From a virus (lineage: Duplodnaviria; Caudoviricetes), in the IMG/VR virus record IMGVR_UViG_3300036841_000085, positions 1,582 through 65,581 of that record: a stretch of 64,000 nt of DNA; one strand, given 5' to 3'. The position numbers and the translations under genes were made by a program. This document shows, one piece after another, positions 48,936 through 56,951 of the stretch. Positions within the stretch are counted from its first letter, which is position 1; each line of letters begins with the position of its first letter. The notes under the pieces were generated by a model that saw only the letters and a program-made list of their open reading frames with translations, was not told the origin of the DNA and made no database searches.

Positions 48936-49169
48936 ATGCACACAATAGCAGTAGGATCGAGCGCCGGCTGGCACCTGGCCGGCTGCTCGTGCGGCTGGGT
49001 CGCCCCAGCGCCGCGCAACTTGAAGGTGGTCGCCCAGGCCGACGCCGCCAAGCACCGTAACGACAACCTGGCCGTCGCAGACTGGCGGCCGACACCCTGC
49101 ACCGAGCCCGACTGCCCGGTGTGCCAAGAGAACCACTCCGGAGCCCTTCCGGATGGCATCACCCGCTAG
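48936..49169 (+). CDS. small zinc-binding protein
   Basis: CSCGW...AAKH and CTEPDCPVC. Confidence 0.6.
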   Translation: MHTIAVGSSAGWHLAGCSCGWVAPAPRNLKVVAQADAAKHRNDNLAVADWRPTPCTEPDCPVCQENHSGALPDGITR

Positions 49170-49219
49170 CAAGCTACACTCAGCCGTCCGGAGGCAGAGG
49201 CCATCTCCTTGGCCTCCGG
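49138..49219. repeat. 82-bp dispersed element
   Basis: CCGGAGCCCTTCCGGATGGC at 49138, GCTAC core, TCCGGTGAAG 49215. Confidence 0.85.
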
Positions 49220-49242
49220 TGAAGTCACGAAAGGACAATCCA

Positions 49243-49467
49243 GTGAAAGCAACCATCACCGCCTCCGATTTTCTCGTCATCCACGGCGGCACCTGGGTCG
49301 CAGAAGCCAGCGACCTGGGCTTCCCAGTCGGGCTGCCCATGCCCGCCAGCCTGGTCATTGACGGCCAGGACTACCGCTTCGCCGCCGCCCGCCGTGACCG
49401 CGACGGCGAAATCCAGGGCTGGCTGTACCGCCGTGACGATCAGATGGTGGTGATCTACAATGATTAA
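49243..49467 (+). CDS. conserved small phage protein
   Basis: AAGGA RBS; EASDLG...DGEIQGWLY...VIYND motif. Confidence 0.7.
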   Translation: MKATITASDFLVIHGGTWVAEASDLGFPVGLPMPASLVIDGQDYRFAAARRDRDGEIQGWLYRRDDQMVVIYND

Positions 49468-49527
49468 CAAGATCTAACTGACCGTTAACACTCCCCTAAC
49501 CACCGGGCGGCGCCCATGTGATTTAAT
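49464..49527 (+). promoter_or_regulatory. phased-YTAAY promoter 7
   Basis: TTAAC 49464, CTAAC 49474, TTAAC 49485, CTAAC 49496; TGTGATTTAAT 49517-49527. Confidence 0.85.
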
Positions 49528-49553
49528 AGTGGTGGAAGCGAGAGAACGGACCA

Positions 49554-49832
49554 ATGAGCAAGACCAACCGCACCAATGGCGCCCTGGGCGCCGCGCTCAC
49601 CAACGGCACGCGCCGCCTGATCAAGGATTTCCTCCGCCAGGAATGCTGCGGCCAGCCAATGCAGACCGGCTACGACGCGGTCACAGTCCACCACTTCGAA
49701 GGCACCACGTTCGAGAACGCCTACTATGCGATGTGCGACGTCTGCGGCAACGAAGAGACCGCCACCCACGACATGCTCAAGGAGCAGGTTCGCGACGAGA
49801 TCCGCCGCAACAATGAGGCAGGCGTCTGGTGA
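49554..49832 (+). CDS. zinc-ribbon protein
   Basis: CCGQPM...CDVCG. Confidence 0.75.
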   Translation: MSKTNRTNGALGAALTNGTRRLIKDFLRQECCGQPMQTGYDAVTVHHFEGTTFENAYYAMCDVCGNEETATHDMLKEQVRDEIRRNNEAGVW

Positions 49833-50134
49833 GCCAGGATCGACTCGACCACATGCTATATCACCAGCGCTCGCCGCGCCCGGACTGCCAGCAGTGCCGC
49901 GACCAGCGCCTGGGACTGCCCAGCTACTACGCCGACAAGGGCTTCTGCCCGTCCAGTGCCCAGCCCGCCACCAGCTACGAGCGAGCCGCCGGCAACGGCA
50001 CCTGGGCTCGCACCACCTGCCCTGACTGCGGGCGCCGCGTCAACGTCAGCCGCGCCACCAAGGGCTGCCCTTGGAACCTGATCGCCCGCCACCAGCCGCT
50101 CAAGGCCAACCAGCCAAGTGCTAACGCATCCTAA
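49829..50134 (+). CDS. zinc-finger protein
   Basis: CQQC, CPDCGRRV...IARH. Confidence 0.65.
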   Translation: MSQDRLDHMLYHQRSPRPDCQQCRDQRLGLPSYYADKGFCPSSAQPATSYERAAGNGTWARTTCPDCGRRVNVSRATKGCPWNLIARHQPLKANQPSANAS

Positions 50135-50184
50135 CTAACCGTTAACACTCCCCTAACCACCGGGCGCCCTGGGCGTGATTTAAT
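50121..50184 (+). promoter_or_regulatory. phased-YTAAY promoter 8
   Basis: CTAAC 50121, CTAAC 50131, TTAAC 50142, CTAAC 50153; GTGATTTAAT 50175-50184. Confidence 0.85.
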
Positions 50185-50209
50185 AGTGGTGAAAGCGAGA
50201 AACAGACCG

Positions 50210-50431
50210 ATGAATCGACCAGCCACCCGCCCGAGCAGCACCTGGGGCAAGTTCGCGACCAGCCAATGGAATCGAGCCCACGCCGGCGAGATCGCCATCG
50301 CCCGCAGCGACAGCCGCACCACCAATCGCGTCCAGGAGCCCTGGATGGCCTACGAGTCCCAGGCGCCGGCCGAACTGACCGGCCTGGCTCGCCGCCGCTG
50401 GTGCCAGCAGCGCCTGGCGGAGGCCAACTGA
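50210..50431 (+). CDS. hypothetical protein
   Basis: ATG after AAGCGAGAAAC leader. Confidence 0.65.
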   Translation: MNRPATRPSSTWGKFATSQWNRAHAGEIAIARSDSRTTNRVQEPWMAYESQAPAELTGLARRRWCQQRLAEAN

Positions 50432-50634
50432 TGAACTACGCAGGACTGACCGCCGTCAACGCCCGCTCGAACCAGGCGCGAACCCGCCCGAGCTTCAACA
50501 CCAGCCACCTGACCCGCGACGGGCAGACCACCCTCTGCGGCCTGCAGGTCGCCCACGCCATCCGCCACCTATGCCGAGTCGAGCAGGCGTACTCCTGCCG
50601 CAACTGCCGGCGGGCGCTGGAGACAGGCCGCTAA
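50431..50634 (+). CDS. small zinc-finger protein (H-xn-CG-xn-CxxC)
   Basis: SHLTRDGQTTLCG...SCRNC; TGATG coupling. Confidence 0.65.
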   Translation: MNYAGLTAVNARSNQARTRPSFNTSHLTRDGQTTLCGLQVAHAIRHLCRVEQAYSCRNCRRALETGR

Positions 50635-50652
50635 GCATGAACCAGGGGAGTA

Positions 50653-50716
50653 TTAACAGATCGCAACCAACTGTTAACACTCCCCTAACCATCGCGATGC
50701 CTCCGTGTGATTTAAT
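50653..50716 (+). promoter_or_regulatory. phased-YTAAY promoter 9
   Basis: TTAAC 50653, TTAAC 50674, CTAAC 50685; TGTGATTTAAT 50706-50716. Confidence 0.85.
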
Positions 50717-50741
50717 TTTAGGTGGAAGCGAGAACAGACCA

Positions 50742-51029
50742 ATGATCACGATCAACACCACGACCATCACCGCCCGCGCCGGCCGCGTCCAGATCCGCAA
50801 CAGCGGCCTCACCCTTGGCCAACTCCGCAGCCTCTTCGCCCGCGACCTGCACGCCACCAACCCGCTGGACGTGCCAACCGACCTGCTCATGGCGCCCCGC
50901 AAGACCGCCAGCGTCCTGCGCACGATGCGCGGCCTGGAGACCACCTACGGCCCGCAGGCCCAGCAGCTGGCCGTGACCATCGCCAGCGGCCACCGCGCCC
51001 ACCAGCGAGTCATGGGCGTCCGGGGCTAA
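50742..51029 (+). CDS. hypothetical protein
   Basis: ATG after AAGCGAGAAC leader. Confidence 0.7.
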   Translation: MITINTTTITARAGRVQIRNSGLTLGQLRSLFARDLHATNPLDVPTDLLMAPRKTASVLRTMRGLETTYGPQAQQLAVTIASGHRAHQRVMGVRG

Positions 51030-51031
51030 CC

Positions 51032-51247
51032 ATGGCCAAGCACCCGATCTGCCACACCCACGGCGACCTGCTCACCGCCTGCCGTGACCTGCACTCCCGC
51101 ACCGTATGGTGCGACGGCCAGGGCGCCGAGCCCGCCTGGGTGAGCAAGTACAGCGACAAGCCCAAGGGCGCCTGCCGCGCCTGCGGATCGATCCAACCAC
51201 TACGAGCCGATGGCACCGTGCGTGCCCACAACGGCAAAGGGAAGTAA
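51032..51247 (+). CDS. small zinc-finger protein
   Basis: CRACG...DGTVRAH. Confidence 0.65.
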   Translation: MAKHPICHTHGDLLTACRDLHSRTVWCDGQGAEPAWVSKYSDKPKGACRACGSIQPLRADGTVRAHNGKGK

Positions 51248-51251
51248 TCCA

Positions 51252-51551
51252 GTGACCACCCGAATCCCACACCCGTCCTACCGCCGCCAGCCTGGGCTGA
51301 TCGAGTGCCCAGGCGTCTACATGGGCAACCACACCGACAAGCGCTACGAACCCGGCCAGGGTCAGGTAGCCAAGTGCCGCTACTGCAAGTTCACCCTGCG
51401 CACCACCAGCTACGGCCGCTCGCTGCGCCAGCATTTCGTTGCAGAAGGCCGATGCAACGCCGCCCTGCGCGGACCACTCGGCTACACAAGCTGCGACATC
51501 AAGACCTATGACGGCGCCGCCCACGACGGCCCGCACCACGGAGCCTACTGA
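51252..51551 (+). CDS. zinc-finger protein
   Basis: CRYC...LRQH; C...C...HDGPH. Confidence 0.6.
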   Translation: MTTRIPHPSYRRQPGLIECPGVYMGNHTDKRYEPGQGQVAKCRYCKFTLRTTSYGRSLRQHFVAEGRCNAALRGPLGYTSCDIKTYDGAAHDGPHHGAY

Positions 51552-51553
51552 TC

Positions 51554-51772
51554 ATGCGACAAGACTACCAGGACGGGCAGGCCATGGGTCTGACCATCTG
51601 GCGCCCCGGCCTGGCCGTGGGCATCGGTGACATCCAGGCCATCGTCGAGACCAACTGCGCCGGCTGCGGCGTCCACCTGGCGGCCCGCTCCTTCATCGAC
51701 AACATCACCGGGCTCACCTGGTGCAGCAACTGCGGCGACGCCCGCAATCCTGGCGCGGCCGTCCACCCATGA
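51554..51772 (+). CDS. small zinc-ribbon protein
   Basis: CAGC...CSNC. Confidence 0.6.
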   Translation: MRQDYQDGQAMGLTIWRPGLAVGIGDIQAIVETNCAGCGVHLAARSFIDNITGLTWCSNCGDARNPGAAVHP

Positions 51773-52017
51773 CCAAGCACGCCAAGCCAACCCGCTGGAT
51801 ATGCGGCCTGTGCTTGAAGTCATTCAGCGTGCCACTTGGCCAGCCGCCCGACGTGTACGTCACCGGCCACCTGGTCGGCTTCCACCGCATCGAGTTGGAG
51901 ACCGAGTCGCAGGTCGAGTTCGACGCCAGGACTGCCAGCCTCCGCGAGCCCAGGCAGCCGCTCACCCCGGACGAGCAAGCCGCCAGGGACGCCCTGTTCG
52001 ACCGCTTCAAAGACTAG
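51769..52017 (+). CDS. small C2H2-like protein
   Basis: CGLCLKSF...HLVGFH; ATGA coupling. Confidence 0.6.
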   Translation: MTKHAKPTRWICGLCLKSFSVPLGQPPDVYVTGHLVGFHRIELETESQVEFDARTASLREPRQPLTPDEQAARDALFDRFKD

Positions 52018-52499
52018 GTTCACTCACGGTCGTGACGGTAGTTGTCACGGCCGCCCTGGTGTACCAAGATGGCGCCCAGGGCGAACACCAGCACCACGCC
52101 GCTGATCACGCCCATCAGGTAACTGATGATGTCCACGGTGTACGTAGGCAGGATTAGTTCTGCGCCTCCCACTGCCACTTGACGAACCAGCAGTCTCCCT
52201 GCGGGCAGATGATGCGCACGCCCTGGTTGGCTGCCTGCGTCGGGCCGCCTCCATGCGGGCAGGGCGCCAGCAGCGGCACCTGGACGAACACGTTGTAGTA
52301 ATGCAGGATAGTCGCGCCGGGCGGTGGCTGTGGCTGCGTCATTCCCAGTCCCAGCGGCTAGCGTGCAGCCGCTGCTCCTTGGCTCGCAGGTAGCGGTACC
52401 ACCTACTAAAGCCCCAGGCCAGTAGCCCCATGGCGACGAGCCAGCAGCCGATGCCGGCCAGCCCCAGAGTGTATAGCAATGGCATCCTGTTACCTCCGG

Positions 52500-52787
52500 T
52501 CATGGTCCTGGCGCCACGGCCCGTCGAGTCCTGCGGATGGGTGCGTGCCGCTCACGCCAGTGTAGCACGGCCTGGCGCTCAGTAGAGATGGGCGTGTTGC
52601 ACTCTGGGCAGGAATGGTGACGAGCCCAGGCCAGCTGCCCATCACGACAGGCGTCATCGAAGCCGGCCGGTCGCTGACCGCTGAGCCACAAGCTGGCAGG
52701 CAGGCCACGCCTGCCCCAGTCATAACCGATGCGGCGGTCATACTCCTGCGCTTTGAGGTCTATGTCGTGACGGTCTGCCAGGGTCAT
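52500..52787 (-). CDS. hypothetical protein
   Basis: CPEC...HW..H motif. Confidence 0.5.
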   Translation of the reverse strand: MTLADRHDIDLKAQEYDRRIGYDWGRRGLPASLWLSGQRPAGFDDACRDGQLAWARHHSCPECNTPISTERQAVLHWRERHAPIRRTRRAVAPGP

Positions 52788-53056
52788 AGCGGGTGAGATC
52801 CTGGCAGACGTGATTCAGGTCGGCCACGACCTGCTCGCAATCGAAACACCAATGGTGACGCCCTCCGTGCAACTCCCGGATGCAGGACGACGCCCCGTCT
52901 GAGTGCTCACGCTGCCGCCGCTCGACCGGCACCAGTCGATTGTCAGATCGGTAGTGGCAGACTATGCACATATCACTGGTGATTGTATTGACCATGCGTC
53001 GTCTTGCATCGTTGGCTGCAAGGAGCGTACCAGCCAGCAAGGTGGCGCGGCAAGTA

Positions 53057-53767
53057 TTAGCACTTTTTGCCGTTCCGAATGATCACGAAGAAACAGTGCA
53101 CTTTGTCGGCGTGGTACTGCGTCCTGTGCTTTGGGTCGATGCGCTTGGCCTCCCGCCGTACCTTGACCAGCAGGTCACACGGCCGCATGCCTAGCTCCTG
53201 GCTCATTGCCCACAGGTGACAGTGCTCGAACTGTTGCTCGGCACCGTGCGTCTGGTCACCCAGCTTGGCCAACAGGATGCCGTCCGGCACCAGCACCTTG
53301 GCCGCCGCCTGGAGGAACTCTTCGAACGTCCAGGCGATGCTGAGCCGGTGTGCCTTTCCGGCGCCACCGGAGCCATTCCGGGACCATCTTGTCACTTCGG
53401 TAAGCGTACCATAGCGGTCGGCCCAGCCATGCTCTCCCATGCCTCCGGAGTGGCCTCCGTCCATGGCATGCGGCGGGTCGAACACCAGCAGGTCGACGCT
53501 GGACGCGGCGTAGTGCTCGTCCAGGCGCCGGTAGTCGACCTGCTCCACGTCCGGGCCGCGTGGTCGGATGTCAGCTTTGAACGTGGGCTGCAGATCCAAG
53601 CCGCGCCACATGGCGCCGCGCTCGTACGTACAATCCAGGATGACGGGCGGCCAGGGTCTCGTCCTGTCCAGGTGAAGCTCGACCGCTATATTGATAGCCT
53701 CCTGGTCCAGGGCGATCACCGACGTGAGCCGATCACGCCCGGTGAACTGGCTGCCCGTCCTGGTCAC
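53057..53767 (-). CDS. amino-type (N6-A/N4-C) DNA methyltransferase-like protein
   Basis: ILDCTY.RG SAM-binding variant, LLVFDPPH motif IV, VLVPDGILLAK. Confidence 0.75.
   Translation of the reverse strand: MTRTGSQFTGRDRLTSVIALDQEAINIAVELHLDRTRPWPPVILDCTYERGAMWRGLDLQPTFKADIRPRGPDVEQVDYRRLDEHYAASSVDLLVFDPPHAMDGGHSGGMGEHGWADRYGTLTEVTRWSRNGSGGAGKAHRLSIAWTFEEFLQAAAKVLVPDGILLAKLGDQTHGAEQQFEHCHLWAMSQELGMRPCDLLVKVRREAKRIDPKHRTQYHADKVHCFFVIIRNGKKC
53367..53448. repeat. 82-bp dispersed element inside methyltransferase gene
   Basis: CCGGAGCCATTCCGG 53367, TCCGG 53444. Confidence 0.7.
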
Positions 53768-53937
53768 TATTCCGTGCCCTGCTCCTGGTGCCAGGCCAGG
53801 AGCATCCGATAAAGCTCGCGCAGTGCCTCTACATCTTCGGGCGTCAAATCTTCCCGCTTGAGCCCGCAGATCACCACCTGGAAGTGCTCGACAGCGCTTT
53901 TCAGGTCGTCATCTTCGTCACTGGTGTCGACTATCAT
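53767..53937 (-). CDS. small hypothetical protein
   Basis: ATGA coupling to the Rpf gene. Confidence 0.55.
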   Translation of the reverse strand: MIVDTSDEDDDLKSAVEHFQVVICGLKREDLTPEDVEALRELYRMLLAWHQEQGTE

Positions 53938-54404
53938 CGCAGCCCGAGTATACGCGAGCAGGTCGGCCAGGCGCCCCATCCTTGGACTGCCTGGCCGGTG
54001 ACAGCTACGGCGATCTGCGCCTCCCTGGACGCCAGGTCAGGCCGGCTGGCGTACTTGAGCCCACCATGATTGCGCCAGAAGGTCATATCCTCCTGCAGCC
54101 CGCCATAGTAACCATTGCCGGTATTGATCGACCAGATGCCTCTGGACTCGCACTGCGCCAGCCGGTCCCACACGCCCGACACTGCTGGCTTGGGCGCCGG
54201 CACTGGCACCGGTGGCGGCACAGCTACTTCGATCACCACGTCGGGCGTCTCCACCGCAGCGTCGTCATCTACTGCCTGTGCCGCCGTGTCATCCGTCTGG
54301 ACGGCTGGCTCGTCGCCAGTGTCCTGGGCGTGTATGCCAGCCGCAGCACCCAGGCCGACGCCCACAAGCAGGCCGAACACCACGCCCGCCATGAGCCGCG
54401 CCAT
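53934..54404 (-). CDS. rpf: secreted resuscitation-promoting factor (Rpf) transglycosylase
   Basis: Signal-peptide-like N-terminus; WDRLAQCES..WSINTGNGYYGGLQ...ASREAQIAVA...QGWGAWPTCS; GGAGG RBS before ATG 54404. Confidence 0.93.
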   Translation of the reverse strand: MARLMAGVVFGLLVGVGLGAAAGIHAQDTGDEPAVQTDDTAAQAVDDDAAVETPDVVIEVAVPPPVPVPAPKPAVSGVWDRLAQCESRGIWSINTGNGYYGGLQEDMTFWRNHGGLKYASRPDLASREAQIAVAVTGQAVQGWGAWPTCSRILGLR

Positions 54405-54426
54405 CAGGAACGACCTCCGGGCTGCA

Positions 54427-54509
54427 CCGGACGGCCTCCGGACGGCCTCCGGCGCTCGCAAGCTACCAGCAGCCGTCCGGAGCGCCAAGGCGTCACGAGA
54501 TGCCTCCGG
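54427..54509. repeat. dispersed element (78-bp spacing) upstream of rpf
   Basis: CCGGA 54427, CCGGA 54438, GCTAC core, TCCGGTGAAGCC 54505. Confidence 0.8.
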
Positions 54510-54780
54510 TGAAGCCGTAGTCCACAGGACTACCGGCGTCCGAGTGCGAAGCACTCTCCCGCCCAACGGTGACGTTAAGCTCGCCAATATCTTCAAGCAA
54601 CTCGACAGACTCGGCCGCCACATCAGCGCAGCTATCCTCTAGGACCATCAGGTCGTCGAGCCCACCGCTGCGGGCTTCCATGCAGGCTAGCTCCCTAGCC
54701 TGGTTATCCGTATCAGCGTTGACGTCGGCCCAGGCGCTATATTCCTTGAGCAGGCGTACCTTGACGCGGTAACTCTTCAC
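54493..54780 (-). CDS. hypothetical protein
   Basis: AGGAGGG RBS before GTG 54780. Confidence 0.6.
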   Translation of the reverse strand: MKSYRVKVRLLKEYSAWADVNADTDNQARELACMEARSGGLDDLMVLEDSCADVAAESVELLEDIGELNVTVGRESASHSDAGSPVDYGFTGGIS

Positions 54781-55273
54781 TATCACCCTCCTGTATAGCC
54801 AGGTTCGCCTCCACGCCGGCGACAAATCGCTCGACGATGGCGCGTATCCTGGCGTGGTCCGCCCAGAACTCCATCTGCTCGCTTGGGTCGCCTGCTATTT
54901 TGGCGACCACCAGGTCGTGCAGCGCCACTGTCGGCGCCAGTCCATCAGGAAGGATGGCCATGACTGGCAGTAACAGTGATCTGGCGAACTCTATTTCGCG
55001 TATGGTGCCCAGCCCACGGCCAGGTCCAGCAAGGTTGGCTATGACCGCGCAGCAATCCTGCAGCACAGCCCGGTTGCCGGCGTCTATAGCGGCCGCAAAC
55101 ACCGCCAACTGATTGGTCTGAACCAACCAGGGCGCCGCAGGGTCGAAGCCAATGTAGCCTAGCTCGTTGAGCACCGCTCCCAGGCTAGCACGCCAGCCAC
55201 GCGCCTGGGCAGTTGTCACGTCGTCGATTGGGCCGGCCAGATACACGACTGGCGACAGACCCAGGCCGCGCAC
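54737..55273 (-). CDS. nucleoside 2-deoxyribosyltransferase / nucleotide N-hydrolase family protein
   Basis: VYLAGPID, FDPA, GTIREIEFA motifs of the NDT fold. Confidence 0.85.
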   Translation of the reverse strand: MRGLGLSPVVYLAGPIDDVTTAQARGWRASLGAVLNELGYIGFDPAAPWLVQTNQLAVFAAAIDAGNRAVLQDCCAVIANLAGPGRGLGTIREIEFARSLLLPVMAILPDGLAPTVALHDLVVAKIAGDPSEQMEFWADHARIRAIVERFVAGVEANLAIQEGDSEELPRQGTPAQGI

Positions 55274-55654
55274 TCAGAACCTCACCACCACCGGCGCGTT
55301 GATCACCTGCTCGTAGTACACCTGCTGGCGGATGGGCTTACCTTCCGCCTCCCTGATCACCTGTATCGCGCCGTCGACCAGGTCGCGTGGCAGCGTGTTA
55401 CGGTCCAGGTACGCGGAGCATAGTACGCGTAACGCGTGCAGTACGTGACCGCTGGTACCGGTCTTGGACAGGCTGCCTATCAGCTTGACCAGGCTGGTGT
55501 AGCACTCCAGGCAGACAGCCCACTGCGAGATGTCCTGGTCGGGCGCTGGCGTGCCGGTCACGAACGACATACGCGGCGGCCCAACCGGGTTGACCACTTC
55601 CACGCCGCACCATTCACACACCCGATGGTATGCCCCGTCATCGCCTGGTTGCAC
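55274..55654 (-). CDS. zinc-binding hypothetical protein
   Basis: CEWC...CLEC. Confidence 0.6.
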   Translation of the reverse strand: MQPGDDGAYHRVCEWCGVEVVNPVGPPRMSFVTGTPAPDQDISQWAVCLECYTSLVKLIGSLSKTGTSGHVLHALRVLCSAYLDRNTLPRDLVDGAIQVIREAEGKPIRQQVYYEQVINAPVVVRF

Positions 55655-56120
55655 GTTTCACCCTCACCTTCGGCTGAGTCGGCACTTCCGAGTACGCCGC
55701 GTCAATGATATCACGAATCGGCCCGCCACGTTTAGCCAGCTGGTTGGCAACCGTTTTGTTGGGCCGGCGCTCGGGCTGCGGTGGCTGCGGCGCCACCCTG
55801 TCCCACTCTTCTGGCGTCAGGTAGGCTTGCAGGTCGGCTAGTACCTCCAGGTTACACACCCACTCCCGCCCGACATCCAGCGCCGCCACCAGGCCGAACC
55901 CGTCCACCATCTCGCTACCGCCGCGCCGCCGCAGTCGGTCGATAATCTCCAGGGTCAGCGTTGTCTCGGCCTGGCGAAGCTGACCCAATAGCGTCTGGAC
56001 GCGCTCCAATGCCTGAACCAGGATTGGGTCTGATTCCCAATCCTTCAAGTTGGCCAGGTCGTCGTACTCCCGGCCGGTCTCGGCCCAGCCGCCCAGCAAC
56101 AGTACCGCTCCGTCAGGCAT
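55638..56120 (-). CDS. hypothetical protein, possibly Gam/gp157-like
   Basis: Helical N-half and KVRVK C-terminus; weak similarity only. Confidence 0.5.
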   Translation of the reverse strand: MPDGAVLLLGGWAETGREYDDLANLKDWESDPILVQALERVQTLLGQLRQAETTLTLEIIDRLRRRGGSEMVDGFGLVAALDVGREWVCNLEVLADLQAYLTPEEWDRVAPQPPQPERRPNKTVANQLAKRGGPIRDIIDAAYSEVPTQPKVRVKRATRR

Positions 56121-56511
56121 CGTCGACCGTGACCACCACGGCATTCCCCGCAGACGATTGCTGATGCCTAATGCGTTCCTCAAGATGCAGGTCGTCCGAC
56201 GCACTCACCATCAAGGTAGCCATTTCTCTCGCCCAGTCGTGCCAAAACTGATTGTCTCGCCAGGTCGTACACCATTGAGAATCGGCAGTATCTCTGTAGT
56301 GCGGCAACGACACTTGCTTGAATTGCACTAACAGGTTGTAAGCCAAAGCCTCCACCCGGCGCATCTTCCTGCGCATCTCTGGCTGATGCCCAGGACTATT
56401 GTCCTGCTTGAAACTGGTCAAGTGCTCTTGGATACTGCCTAGGTGCCACGTGAACCCGTAGATGTCCGTCTGTGCCGGCCTAATCAGCGGCGCGGTCTGT
56501 CTGTCGTCCAT
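56113..56511 (-). CDS. hypothetical protein
   Basis: GGAGAAAC RBS. Confidence 0.65.
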   Translation of the reverse strand: MDDRQTAPLIRPAQTDIYGFTWHLGSIQEHLTSFKQDNSPGHQPEMRRKMRRVEALAYNLLVQFKQVSLPHYRDTADSQWCTTWRDNQFWHDWAREMATLMVSASDDLHLEERIRHQQSSAGNAVVVTVDDA

Positions 56512-56525
56512 TGTTTCTCCCTCAG

Positions 56526-56951
56526 CTATGTTAGTTCGTCGCTGTCAGGCAAGGTCAGCCAGCCCTGGCGCAACAGCAGGTCAAGAATGGCGTAGTTTAC
56601 GATATCGCGCAGGTCATCCTCCACGCTCTCGGTAGCCTCATAGCCAGTCGGCAGGTGCTGGCTCAGGATCTCAGCCGGAATGCCGTACTGCGTAGCCTGG
56701 GCGACAAAGCTGGCCAGCTGCGCCGCTGCCAGGACCCGCTCGCCCTTGTCGCGCACCAGGCGATTGATAATGCCTGGCTCGCCCTGCTCCACCAGGTTGG
56801 CCACGCCACGCATACGGTGTTTCTGCAACAGGATCGCCCAACAGCGCGAGATCTCCAGGGCTGCCGCCGCCTCAAAGGTGGTGGGCGGCCCGCTGCCCAG
56901 GCCGTCGATAATCGCCCGCAGGTCCACCGCCGCCCGCAGGTCGTCAGGCAT
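56526..56951 (-). CDS. MazG-like all-alpha NTP pyrophosphatase (DUF1599/Nmad1-like)
   Basis: LLQKH...ANL, DKGER, ESVEDDLRDIVNYAIL. Confidence 0.75.
   Translation of the reverse strand: MPDDLRAAVDLRAIIDGLGSGPPTTFEAAAALEISRCWAILLQKHRMRGVANLVEQGEPGIINRLVRDKGERVLAAAQLASFVAQATQYGIPAEILSQHLPTGYEATESVEDDLRDIVNYAILDLLLRQGWLTLPDSDELT

Noticed and set aside
47281-50744. CRISPR-like array from the repeated AT-rich blocks
   Set aside because: Repeats are degenerate, separated by whole genes of variable length and end in -10 elements; no cas genes.
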